Below are positions 56,363 to 64,000 of a stretch of 64,000 nt of DNA, piece after piece (position 1 is the stretch's first letter; each line of letters starts with the position of its first letter). The notes beneath the pieces were generated by a model. That model was not told the DNA's origin, searched no databases, and saw nothing but the letters and a program-made list of their open reading frames with translations. The DNA lies in the NCBI GenBank assembly GCA_043819555.1, contig JBDREQ010000066.1:72695-136694 (forward strand). Reading direction: 5' to 3'. This DNA is from Candidatus Zixiibacteriota bacterium. Lineage in GTDB: Bacteria > Zixibacteria > MSB-5A5 > GN15 > JAAZOE01. The position numbers were made by a program, and so were the translations under genes.

Positions 56363-58263
56363 TTCAGACTTAATTTCCTTTCGGATAATTTTTTGAGTAA
56401 TAGCTCTGCTTCAGGACATCCGTCTCCGGTCTTAGTCGCCTGTTCAAGCAGCGAAACAGCATCGGCGGTCCGTCCGGAATTCAACATGGCTATTCCCAGC
56501 CTCAGGAAATATTCCGGATTTTCATCATCGGTCTGAATGGCATATTCAAAAAATCCCAGAGCAAAATCCGGCAATCGCAGGCGGTCATAGAACGAACCAA
56601 GGTTAAAGGCATTGCGAGCGACAAACTCTTTGGTCAATAAATCAGCGGCATTACCCGCTATTTTTTCAAGAATTTGTTTTTGTTCTTTTGCTTTTTCGGA
56701 ATTTATTTCTTGTTTTTCATTTCTGAGGCAAAATAGAAAACCATCAGGATAAATCAATTCCGGATTTATGCCGGGCACGCCATACTGAATATAAATTTGC
56801 CGTTCGGGATTATTCAGATCGCATAATTTTGAGATATACTCAGGCAGGGAAATTATTTCGTTTTGGTTGAATACTTCCGGGAGCAAAAGATCGGGATAAT
56901 TGATTTCAATTTGACTTCGATAATCCGGACGATACAGGGCTCCTGCCGATATTATTGTAACATCGCTTCGTTTATTCTGAGCATAGCAATGATTCCACAG
57001 AGGCAGAATAACATCATCTTCGTTGACAATTATCAGCGAGTTTTGAGAGGTATGATCGAGAATGGCTTCCGCCAGGATATCAGAACCTGTGGATGCGGAT
57101 AAATCGGACGCATATAAATTTTCATATAGCTGGAAAAACGCAAGAATAACAAAGACTACCGGTATTAGTTTTCTGAGATTCGCCTTTCCCCTTATTTTAT
57201 CAGCCAATGAGAGCAATCCCGAAATGGAAAATATAATAACCATCGCCAGAGGAATTCCTGCATAGGCGACAATATCAAAATTAGTCAATTGGAAATCGGC
57301 CGCCCAAACTACAAGTATAAATCCGAGGGGTATCAACGATATCATCAGAATCAAATCCCATTGACGTTTTTTTAGCACACTGTAAAAACATGCAATCAAA
57401 CCTAACAAAATCAGGCTTCCCGTTTGACTGTACAGAAACCTGACCAAAGCTCCGGTTCTCTCGGCATAATCTGGCGCTGAAATTTGAGATTCCGGGATGA
57501 AATCATCTCCGGTTCTTGTTATCGCTTTAAAGGCAGCATTAATAGTTTTGGGCTGGCCGGAATTTATGGCCGGGTCGTGATTTGCTCGAATCGGCAGAAA
57601 GGCATATACGCTCAAAGCGATAGCAAATATGATGATTCCCGCAGCCGCTGCTTTTCCAAAATATCTTAAATTGAAAACTTGACAAAGATGAAAAGCGATA
57701 CCGATTATAAGAGGTGTCGTTATTATCGCCAGTAATGAATGATTGGTAAATGCCAATCCTTGAATAAATATCGCGAGAAGAATAAGTCTTACTTTTTGAT
57801 GATTGGATTTCTCCTGTAAAACTTTCAGATACAAAAATATTATCAGAGTTAGAAACAGATTATTCAGGGCATAAACTTCGGCCCGCACGGATGATTGCCA
57901 TACCGGCAGGCTCAATCCAACCATGATTGCCCCACAGGAGGCGACCAGTTTGGAATAAAGCAGTCCGGTTTTGATTCTATTCATGAATAGCAGGAGAATA
58001 AGGTAAACGACTACTCCCGCAAATGAAGAAGCAATCGCCGAATACAGGTTGCTGTCAAAAACAGAATCGCCGGGAATGATAAGATGAAATACTCTTCCAA
58101 GAATTGTATAAATTGGGAAACTGGGTGAATGAGGCAATCCCAGGATTTCATTACAGGTGGTAAACGCGGCCGAATCGACCCAGAAATTCCCGGGAGCAAT
58201 CGTCCACAAATATATAGCCAATAAAATAGCAAAAACGGAGGCCGGAACCGTAACTTGTTTCAT
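56359..58263 (-). CDS. DUF2723 (TMEM260-like) multi-pass GT-C-type transferase with C-terminal TPR
   Basis: YLWTIAP...WVDSAAF...LGLPHSPSFPIYTILG, WQSSVRAEVYAL, GLAFTNH, Y.FLPIRA..DP.IN.G; C-terminal TPR helices. Confidence 0.78.
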   Translation of the reverse strand: MKQVTVPASVFAILLAIYLWTIAPGNFWVDSAAFTTCNEILGLPHSPSFPIYTILGRVFHLIIPGDSVFDSNLYSAIASSFAGVVVYLILLLFMNRIKTGLLYSKLVASCGAIMVGLSLPVWQSSVRAEVYALNNLFLTLIIFLYLKVLQEKSNHQKVRLILLAIFIQGLAFTNHSLLAIITTPLIIGIAFHLCQVFNLRYFGKAAAAGIIIFAIALSVYAFLPIRANHDPAINSGQPKTINAAFKAITRTGDDFIPESQISAPDYAERTGALVRFLYSQTGSLILLGLIACFYSVLKKRQWDLILMISLIPLGFILVVWAADFQLTNFDIVAYAGIPLAMVIIFSISGLLSLADKIRGKANLRKLIPVVFVILAFFQLYENLYASDLSASTGSDILAEAILDHTSQNSLIIVNEDDVILPLWNHCYAQNKRSDVTIISAGALYRPDYRSQIEINYPDLLLPEVFNQNEIISLPEYISKLCDLNNPERQIYIQYGVPGINPELIYPDGFLFCLRNEKQEINSEKAKEQKQILEKIAGNAADLLTKEFVARNAFNLGSFYDRLRLPDFALGFFEYAIQTDDENPEYFLRLGIAMLNSGRTADAVSLLEQATKTGDGCPEAELLLKKLSERKLSLK

Positions 58264-58350
58264 AAACTATATTTCGGCTGATATGCAAAAGATTTGACCG
58301 CTAAAAAGGGTCAGTTATGCAGGCTTTTGAATTTTTATTCCCGAAATAAA

Positions 58351-58782
58351 TCAAAATTCGGCGTCATTACTGGTGCAAATCAAATCGCCGCCTTGATCTA
58401 TCGTCCATGTATCGACGTTAACGTCATCGTCGAGAATGCCGCAGGTGGCAGTGATTAATAAATCGGCATCATCGGCGGTATTAATTGTATAGGTATAAAT
58501 CGCAGTAGGTCCTATTTCAACCATTATGGTTTCGAAACTACCCGGGGCGGCGGCAGAACCGATCACGCCCGCGCCCCAGAATGTGTTATTTTCAATTAGA
58601 TACTGGCGTTCCATAGTGTATAATTGTTTCAGCAATTGTTTGGCTTCGGATTGCTTGGATTTGGTCGAGGCTCTCATAAACCTGGGAATAGCCATAGCGG
58701 CCAAAAAGCCGACAATAACTATTGTAATCAACAGTTCAATTAGTGTAAATCCCCTCTGATTCTGGCGGAATAAGGAAAACAT
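58351..58782 (-). CDS. Type IV pilin (second, paralogous copy)
   Basis: Prepilin site RG|FTLIEL; C-terminal Cys pair; GGAGG RBS. Confidence 0.9.
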   Translation of the reverse strand: MFSLFRQNQRGFTLIELLITIVIVGFLAAMAIPRFMRASTKSKQSEAKQLLKQLYTMERQYLIENNTFWGAGVIGSAAAPGSFETIMVEIGPTAIYTYTINTADDADLLITATCGILDDDVNVDTWTIDQGGDLICTSNDAEF

Positions 58783-58823
58783 GTTAAACCTCCACTTCAG
58801 ATTTCACTAACCGATTCGTACAT

Positions 58824-58852
58824 AAAAAAGGCGGAAGTTTATGCTTCCGCCT
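58824..58852 (-). terminator. Intrinsic terminator between the two pilin genes
   Basis: Hairpin AGGCGGAAG/CTTCCGCCT with a U6 tract on the minus strand. Confidence 0.8.
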
Positions 58853-58875
58853 CTAAAGGTGCTTTTATTATCAGT

Positions 58876-59310
58876 TTAGTTTAAGACAACATCATCTGCG
58901 GTGCAAAGTAAATCACCATTTTCATCGATAGTCCAGGTATCGACCTGAGCGTCATCATCAAGTATACCACAGGTGGCCGTGGCCAGAAGATCGGTAGCAT
59001 CGGCTGTGGTAATGGTGTAGGAATAATTTGCAGTCGGCATAATTTCGACACCGATGGTATTAAAGGTATTCGGAGCGGCTGCAGAAGCGGTTACACCGGC
59101 TCCCCAATAAGTGGAATGATCCTGGCGATAGGTACGTTCCATAGTATAAATCTGCTTCAATATCTGTTTGGCTTCAGACTGTTTTGACTTGGTCGAAGCT
59201 CTCATGAAACGCGGAATAGCCAGAGCGGCCAAAATGCCGATGATTACGACAACGATCATGAGCTCGATGAGGGTGAAACCTCTTTGACGATTGTGGAATT
59301 TTGAGAACAT
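58876..59310 (-). CDS. pilA: Type IVa major pilin
   Basis: QRG|FTLIELMIVVVIIGILAALAIP; AGGAGG RBS; own sigma54 promoter and terminator. Confidence 0.92.
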   Translation of the reverse strand: MFSKFHNRQRGFTLIELMIVVVIIGILAALAIPRFMRASTKSKQSEAKQILKQIYTMERTYRQDHSTYWGAGVTASAAAPNTFNTIGVEIMPTANYSYTITTADATDLLATATCGILDDDAQVDTWTIDENGDLLCTADDVVLN

Positions 59311-59375
59311 TGAAAACCTCCTAATACGTTAACGTTGGTTTTTGTTTTGGTTACTTTTCATACTGCCTTCACTAT

Positions 59376-59391
59376 TGCAAGGGGTGTGCCA
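59376..59391 (-). promoter_or_regulatory. Sigma54 (-24/-12) promoter of pilA
   Basis: Minus strand TGGCAC-ACCCC-TTGCA is an exact consensus match; an NtrC-family regulator gene is adjacent. Confidence 0.88.
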
Positions 59392-59570
59392 CGTGCAAAT
59401 AAAGTTTGAGCTTGTCAGAATGTTTTCATAACCTTCTATCCTACAATATCTTTCCTCTAAAATCTTTTTCACGTTATAATCAATTTTGACCGGCTATGGG
59501 TTTGCTGCTATATATTTCCATTTGTATTATGCCCGCATAATTGCATTTTGCCATTGTCCGGCCGGTGTTA

Positions 59571-60941
59571 TTAGACCTTCTCCTTATTCATTCCCATTTT
59601 ATATTTTTCAAGTTTTCTATACAGGGTCGAGGCATCAATTCCCAGTACTTTGGCCGCTTTTGATTTATTGCCATCTGATTGATCCAATACCCAATGGATA
59701 TAAGCTTTTTCAATAAACTCAAGGGATGGGGTTTTCTGGTCGGATGGGCCGACTAATGATTCCCGCTTGCCGGTTACGACATTGTCTGGGAATGATGCCG
59801 GTGTCAGCACATTATCTTTGGAGAGTAAAACCGCTCTCTCAATAGTATTCTCAAGTTCCCGAACATTGCCGGGCCAGAAATAGGCCGACAGCAGATTATA
59901 TACTTCCGGCTGAATCTCTTTCTTCTCCAGACAGTGGCGGCGGCTGAATTTATTTACAAAAAAGTCTATTAGAAGCGGAATATCGTCGGCTCTCTCTCGA
60001 AGAGGAGGTATTGATATTGGAATTACGTTTAGACGATAGTACAAATCAGCCCGAAAACGGCCTTCCTTGACTTCTTGTTCCAAATTAGCATTGGTGGCCG
60101 TAATAAGGCGAACATCAACCGAAATCGGAGTAGTTTCTCCAATCGGTGTTATTTTCTTTTCTTCAAGCACTCGCAGAAGTTTTGCCTGAATTGCCGGCGA
60201 AGTATCACCTATTTCATCGAGGAAAAACGTCCCGCCATCGGCGACTTTGAACTGACCTTCTTTTGACTTAACTGCTCCGGTAAAAGCTCCTTTACCATGA
60301 CCGAATAACTCGGATTCCAATAAGGTTTCCGGGATGGCGGCGCAATTGATACTTACAAAGCGCCCTTCGCTTCTATCGGAGATTAAATGCAGAGCTCGGG
60401 CAACTAAATCCTTTCCGGTACCGGATTCGCCGCGAATCAGAACCGTGGAGTCAGCCCGGGCGACCTGTTTTATCAGTTCCTTCAGCCGAATAATCGGGTC
60501 CGAAACGCCAATAATATTATCCAAACCCTGTGTCTGCGCCAGTTGCTTGCGCAGGTTAATATTCTCGCCAACTATTTTATTGAGAGAGACAACTTTTTCT
60601 ATGGCCAGCTTGATTTCGTCGATTTTAAATGGCTTGGTAATATAATCTCTGGCTCCCATCTTCATCGCTTCAATCGCCGATTCGACCGAAGCGAAGGCAG
60701 TCATGACTATAAAATCCTGATATTCCTTTTTTCCCTTAACCTGATTGAGAAGTTCCAACCCTGACATTTCCGGCATCATCATGTCGGTTATTACCAGGTC
60801 AAAATCGTCATCGCAAATCCGTTTTATCGCGTCATTTCCATTGGTGCTGGTCTCGACCTCATACCCCTCCTTCCGGAGCATGATAGCCATGAAATTACAC
60901 ATTGATTCTTCATCATCGACAACGAAAATTCTATCAGCCAT
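59571..60941 (-). CDS. pilR: Sigma54-dependent response regulator (PilR/NtrC family)
   Basis: Receiver domain (VVDDE, TDMMMP), GESGTGK, ESELFGH, GAFTGA, WPGNVREL, Fis-type HTH; upstream of pilA. Confidence 0.85.
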   Translation of the reverse strand: MADRIFVVDDEESMCNFMAIMLRKEGYEVETSTNGNDAIKRICDDDFDLVITDMMMPEMSGLELLNQVKGKKEYQDFIVMTAFASVESAIEAMKMGARDYITKPFKIDEIKLAIEKVVSLNKIVGENINLRKQLAQTQGLDNIIGVSDPIIRLKELIKQVARADSTVLIRGESGTGKDLVARALHLISDRSEGRFVSINCAAIPETLLESELFGHGKGAFTGAVKSKEGQFKVADGGTFFLDEIGDTSPAIQAKLLRVLEEKKITPIGETTPISVDVRLITATNANLEQEVKEGRFRADLYYRLNVIPISIPPLRERADDIPLLIDFFVNKFSRRHCLEKKEIQPEVYNLLSAYFWPGNVRELENTIERAVLLSKDNVLTPASFPDNVVTGKRESLVGPSDQKTPSLEFIEKAYIHWVLDQSDGNKSKAAKVLGIDASTLYRKLEKYKMGMNKEKV

Positions 60942-61181
60942 GTCCTTTTACTTCCCTTTTATAGAACCTGTTGTTAGATAGGCTTCCATTACAGGAAATC
61001 GGCAATTGATATAAACCCTAAAGGCAGAATTCGCATTTTGCAATATATTTTAACAGGTATGCGAAGCTGAAACAACGGCCCCGTAAGCCCAATTATAATA
61101 TTCACTTACACGAACGAAACGATTTCCCGATGAATCATTCAATTCAAATAAATTAAGAGAATTCTTGATTTATATTTATTA

Positions 61182-61685
61182 ATGCACTTTATTGATGCTT
61201 TGGACTCTGGAGATAGAATGATGAAAAATTCTTTGCTTGTTGAAATTACAAGGATTGTCGAAAATTCCGCCGAAAAACATGACTTTCTTTTGAAAACTGC
61301 CCAGACCATCCAAAACAAATATCCTCAATATAACTGGGTTGGATTTTATTTTTTAAATAACGGCAAATTGCATGTTGGACCCTTTGTTGGCAAACCGACT
61401 CCTCATTCTATTATTGAACTCAATAGCGGAATTTGCGGGGCGGCAGTCAGCCAAAATGAGACTATCGTGATCGATGATGTCAATGCCGATCCAAGATACC
61501 TGGCCTGCTCCCTGGAAACAAAATCCGAAATTGTGATACCCATTAAATGCAATGGCGAGATAATCGGCGAATTGGATATCGATTCGGCAAAAAAAGCCGC
61601 CTTTACCGATGATGATAAAAGAATTCTGGAAGAGGCGGCGGAATTAATCGGAGATATCTTAAGTAAATACAAATCGGGAGGGTAA
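61182..61685 (+). CDS. GAF-domain protein, free methionine-R-sulfoxide reductase (MsrC)-like; start probably near 61218
   Basis: NWVGFY, GPFVG, GICG, YLACS..TKSEIVIP, GELDIDS. Confidence 0.85.
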   Translation: MHFIDALDSGDRMMKNSLLVEITRIVENSAEKHDFLLKTAQTIQNKYPQYNWVGFYFLNNGKLHVGPFVGKPTPHSIIELNSGICGAAVSQNETIVIDDVNADPRYLACSLETKSEIVIPIKCNGEIIGELDIDSAKKAAFTDDDKRILEEAAELIGDILSKYKSGG

Positions 61686-61686
61686 G

Positions 61687-61851
61687 ATGTTTTCTGGAAT
61701 AGTTTTGGTAATCCTTGGAGTTCTTCTACTTTTAAAAGAATTTGGCATTATCCACTGGACGTTTTGGGGGTATTTCTGGCCGGTTTTGATTATCGCTCTC
61801 GGAATACGTATGATTATGAGTGATAAAAAGCGAAACGATATTAAATCGTAA
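61687..61851 (+). CDS. Small membrane protein, LiaI/LiaF-like (DUF5668), 54 aa
   Basis: Manually translated MFSGIVLVILGVLLLLKEFGIIHWTFWGYFWPVLIIALGIRMIMSDKKRNDIKS; GGAGGG RBS. Confidence 0.75.
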   Translation: MFSGIVLVILGVLLLLKEFGIIHWTFWGYFWPVLIIALGIRMIMSDKKRNDIKS

Positions 61852-62031
61852 TCAACTACTTATTGGACAATAAATAAGTAAATCCTGCCCGAATGGCAAT
61901 CCCCGGCATCGGGTACCCGTGAATAATTTGATAATCAGTATCAAAAATATTATTCAATCTTAATACAAATTTCAAGTCTATCGATATAAGTAAGAACCAT
62001 TTAAATCCGCTGCCAGATCTAATGAAGTTAC

Positions 62032-62358
62032 TTATCTGGTGTTGTCTAATACTTTTTCCATCGTCTTGCGATAGGTATCAAAAGCTTTTCGGCCCTGCGG
62101 AGTAAGTCGCAAAACAGTATGGGGAATCTTATCAATAAACTCTTTTCTGATTTCCAAATGACCAGCCTCTTCCAATTTTGAAAGATGAGAAGAAAGATTC
62201 CCTCGTGTCAACTGCGTCTGGCGTTCGAGAAATATAAAATCAGCCTCTTCTATTACATAAAGATGGGCTATAATTAACAACCGGGCCGGTTCGTGTATTA
62301 TTTTGTCGATATTGGCCAGGGAATAAGTTTTACTTCCGCTTTTATCCTTAGATGCCAT
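62032..62358 (-). CDS. Winged-helix transcriptional regulator (ArsR/MarR-like)
   Basis: IHEPARL, LTRGNLSSHLSKLEEAG, LTPQGRKAF. Confidence 0.9.
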   Translation of the reverse strand: MASKDKSGSKTYSLANIDKIIHEPARLLIIAHLYVIEEADFIFLERQTQLTRGNLSSHLSKLEEAGHLEIRKEFIDKIPHTVLRLTPQGRKAFDTYRKTMEKVLDNTR

Positions 62359-62992
62359 TGACTTCCTCCCTGGTTGGCTTGGAATAATTTCCTATAAAAC
62401 GAAGAAACAATACAAGACCGATTAGAGATAGAATCAGTCCAATGATAAAAAAGTCAGTGGCTGGGCGCAGATTCATGTTATGACCGATAAAAAATGTGGC
62501 AAATACTAAAACAGAATAGAGATGGCAGCGTTTAATTTCGTATAGAAAACCTAAAGCGGTTGCGATGATGGCCAATGTAGTTCCAAGAGGAATGAGTCCC
62601 AGACTCTTTAACCAGAGCTGCCAATCATCATTGCCTGTATAAGCATAGAATACAACCATCCCTAAAACGGCAGTTAACGAAAAAAGTTTCGCAAGCGCGG
62701 AAATATTGCCTTTCTCTTTTTTCTCTCGTGCCTCGGAAAACTTGACATAACCCAGCCGTGGATGGATAAATGATTTTTTCAGGCTCGGTATCATTATTAT
62801 TGCTAAGACCGGAAAAATAGCGGCGATTTCGGGATAATCCGTCACCATGCAAATCGCCGCCCCCATCAGCGCCAAACCTATGGACAGATCCCAGATTCCA
62901 TCCTGATGAAAGGCGAGATAAAATTTTTTCTCGATTTTCTTCAAATCTATTTCCTGTGACATCAAAGCCTCCTTAATTATACAAGATTTCAA
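62348..62992 (-). CDS. Hypothetical multi-pass membrane protein (start probably 62962)
   Basis: QDGIWDL, HPRLGYVKF, about six TM helices; overlaps the wHTH gene. Confidence 0.7.
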   Translation of the reverse strand: MKSCIIKEALMSQEIDLKKIEKKFYLAFHQDGIWDLSIGLALMGAAICMVTDYPEIAAIFPVLAIIMIPSLKKSFIHPRLGYVKFSEAREKKEKGNISALAKLFSLTAVLGMVVFYAYTGNDDWQLWLKSLGLIPLGTTLAIIATALGFLYEIKRCHLYSVLVFATFFIGHNMNLRPATDFFIIGLILSLIGLVLFLRFIGNYSKPTREEVNGI

Positions 62993-63144
62993 TTACTACA
63001 CACCAGTTTGTCTTACAAACCTATTTACGACAATATAAAAAAATGGTTTCAAAATTCAAACGTTATTTTTCTGATTTTCCTTTTGACGTTCGAATATAAG
63101 GATAAGTTATTGGTGATTAATAACTTGAGGTATATCAAGTTTCA

Positions 63145-63342
63145 TTATAGCATCCAAATCACGGCGCATCCAAAGCCCTTTTTCCTTTTTAGACTAATAT
63201 CAAATTCGAGCTGACCAATCCACGTCGGGCAAGGACGATTATAAGGCAACTTCAGGCGCTTCCGAAGTTCCATCCAGGTCAATCCGGAAGGATTCCGTTT
63301 CAACTCCCGTTCAATTAAAGCCCTGAATTCTGCATATTTCAT
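63145..63342 (-). CDS. Small hypothetical protein (65 aa)
   Basis: Plausible compact domain (GLTW.EL...L.LPY.RPCP.W). Confidence 0.6.
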   Translation of the reverse strand: MKYAEFRALIERELKRNPSGLTWMELRKRLKLPYNRPCPTWIGQLEFDISLKRKKGFGCAVIWML

Positions 63343-63535
63343 TTAAAACTTCTAAATCCGCAAACGGCTCCACCCCTTTTAGATGTGGAATTAGATTTTT
63401 ATAGCCGTAATGATCCCCGACACTTTTAGCCGCATACCATTATATTATTTCCAAGACGTCTGGCCAATTGAATTAGTGATCCATTTCAATTCCCATCTCA
63501 TTAAGAGATAGAGCCAATGGGATAACACTGGATAT

Positions 63536-63646
63536 TTATTTGTTCAGCTTCTTCTCTTTTTTCTGTTTCCGTTTTTCCTTCGGAGTAAGCTGTGCCTTTT
63601 TCTGATTTTCCCTTTTGCCTTTATCTTTACTTCCTTTGTCACCCAT
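63536..63646 (-). CDS. Small highly basic protein (36 aa)
   Basis: Manually translated MGDKGSKDKGKRENQKKAQLTPKEKRKQKKEKKLNK; GGAG RBS. Confidence 0.6.
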   Translation of the reverse strand: MGDKGSKDKGKRENQKKAQLTPKEKRKQKKEKKLNK

Positions 63647-63935
63647 GATTGATCTCCATGTTTAAGATTGGCTCCACCGGTCATAGTGGGATTTTTTTTC
63701 AGATATTCAACCAAACCCACACTCCGGTGCCAAAATATAATAGCGGTATTTGATTAGGGCAAGAAAAAATCCCAGTGATTACCGGACTTACTTCCAAAAT
63801 TAGATCTTATAAATAAGGAGAAAAATACGTGGTGGACCAAACAAATCCATTTTATACATGTTACTTATTACTTACATCATAGACGCACGCTCAAGAAATT
63901 TGTTCAATCCCAATTTCACAACAAATGGAACAACT

Positions 63936-64000
63936 CTATAAGCACAATTGGCATGGCGGAGGACCGCCTTTGAAGACATGATTGATTAGATATACGGCAT
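63936..64000 (-). CDS. 3' end of a gene with a C-terminal dockerin (rest lies outside the window)
   Basis: Translates as AVYLINHVFKGGPPPCQLCL-stop, matching the dockerin repeats of 5048-6268 (AVFLINRIFKNGPPP). Confidence 0.75.
   Translation of the reverse strand, partial: AVYLINHVFKGGPPPCQLCL

Noticed and set aside
58876..59310. Electrically conductive (e-pilin) interpretation, given the cytochrome conduit
   Set aside because: The mature pilin is long (133 aa), has only 10 F/Y/W residues (about 7.5%) and has Ala at position 27 where Geobacter pilin has Tyr.
63366..63695. Two short GCTCCACC...GTGG hairpins upstream of small genes, with similar ones near 34167 and 34651
   Set aside because: Too short and divergent to distinguish from chance without a genome-wide search.

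Overview
A gene-dense, moderately AT-rich bacterial chromosomal segment with no rRNA, tRNA, CRISPR array or transposase that I can detect. Secreted proteins carrying cohesin, dockerin and T9SS/FlgD-type C-terminal domains, together with an MtrA/MtrB-type cytochrome conduit, suggest an FCB-related anaerobe such as a Zixibacteria-like lineage; this is inference. Left to right: (1) a fused E1alpha/beta 2-oxoacid dehydrogenase running off the left edge; (2) a cohesin/dockerin lipoprotein; (3) a cobalamin riboswitch controlling a BtuB-like receptor and a dockerin-tagged beta-propeller; (4) a D-S/T-rich lipoprotein; (5) ccmABCDEF with a Cys-type CcmE; (6) a decaheme cytochrome, porin and multiheme lipoprotein cluster; (7) two lepB genes, rseP, dxr and a cyclophilin; (8) hsp20, hbd-ackA and nfnAB; (9) a stand-alone EF-G flanked by palindromic repeat mosaics, including a ~180-bp composite element present twice in inverted orientation; (10) a ~14-kb minus-strand run behind a Rex-like operator: aldehyde dehydrogenase, arcE-like, arcC, cca, sucCD, korDABC, ndk, larA-like, mdh, icd; (11) a PilR/sigma54 tandem pilin locus followed by a DUF2723 (TMEM260-like) transferase, GT2, a GT4 split at a G_GGA_AAG slippery site, and two methyltransferases. 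The best candidates for new biology are the pilin glycosylation cassette, the dockerin-tethered B12 capture module, the ArcE-to-succinate energy run and the cytochrome conduit with atypical heme motifs. All assignments come from motif recognition by eye; no database searches were run.
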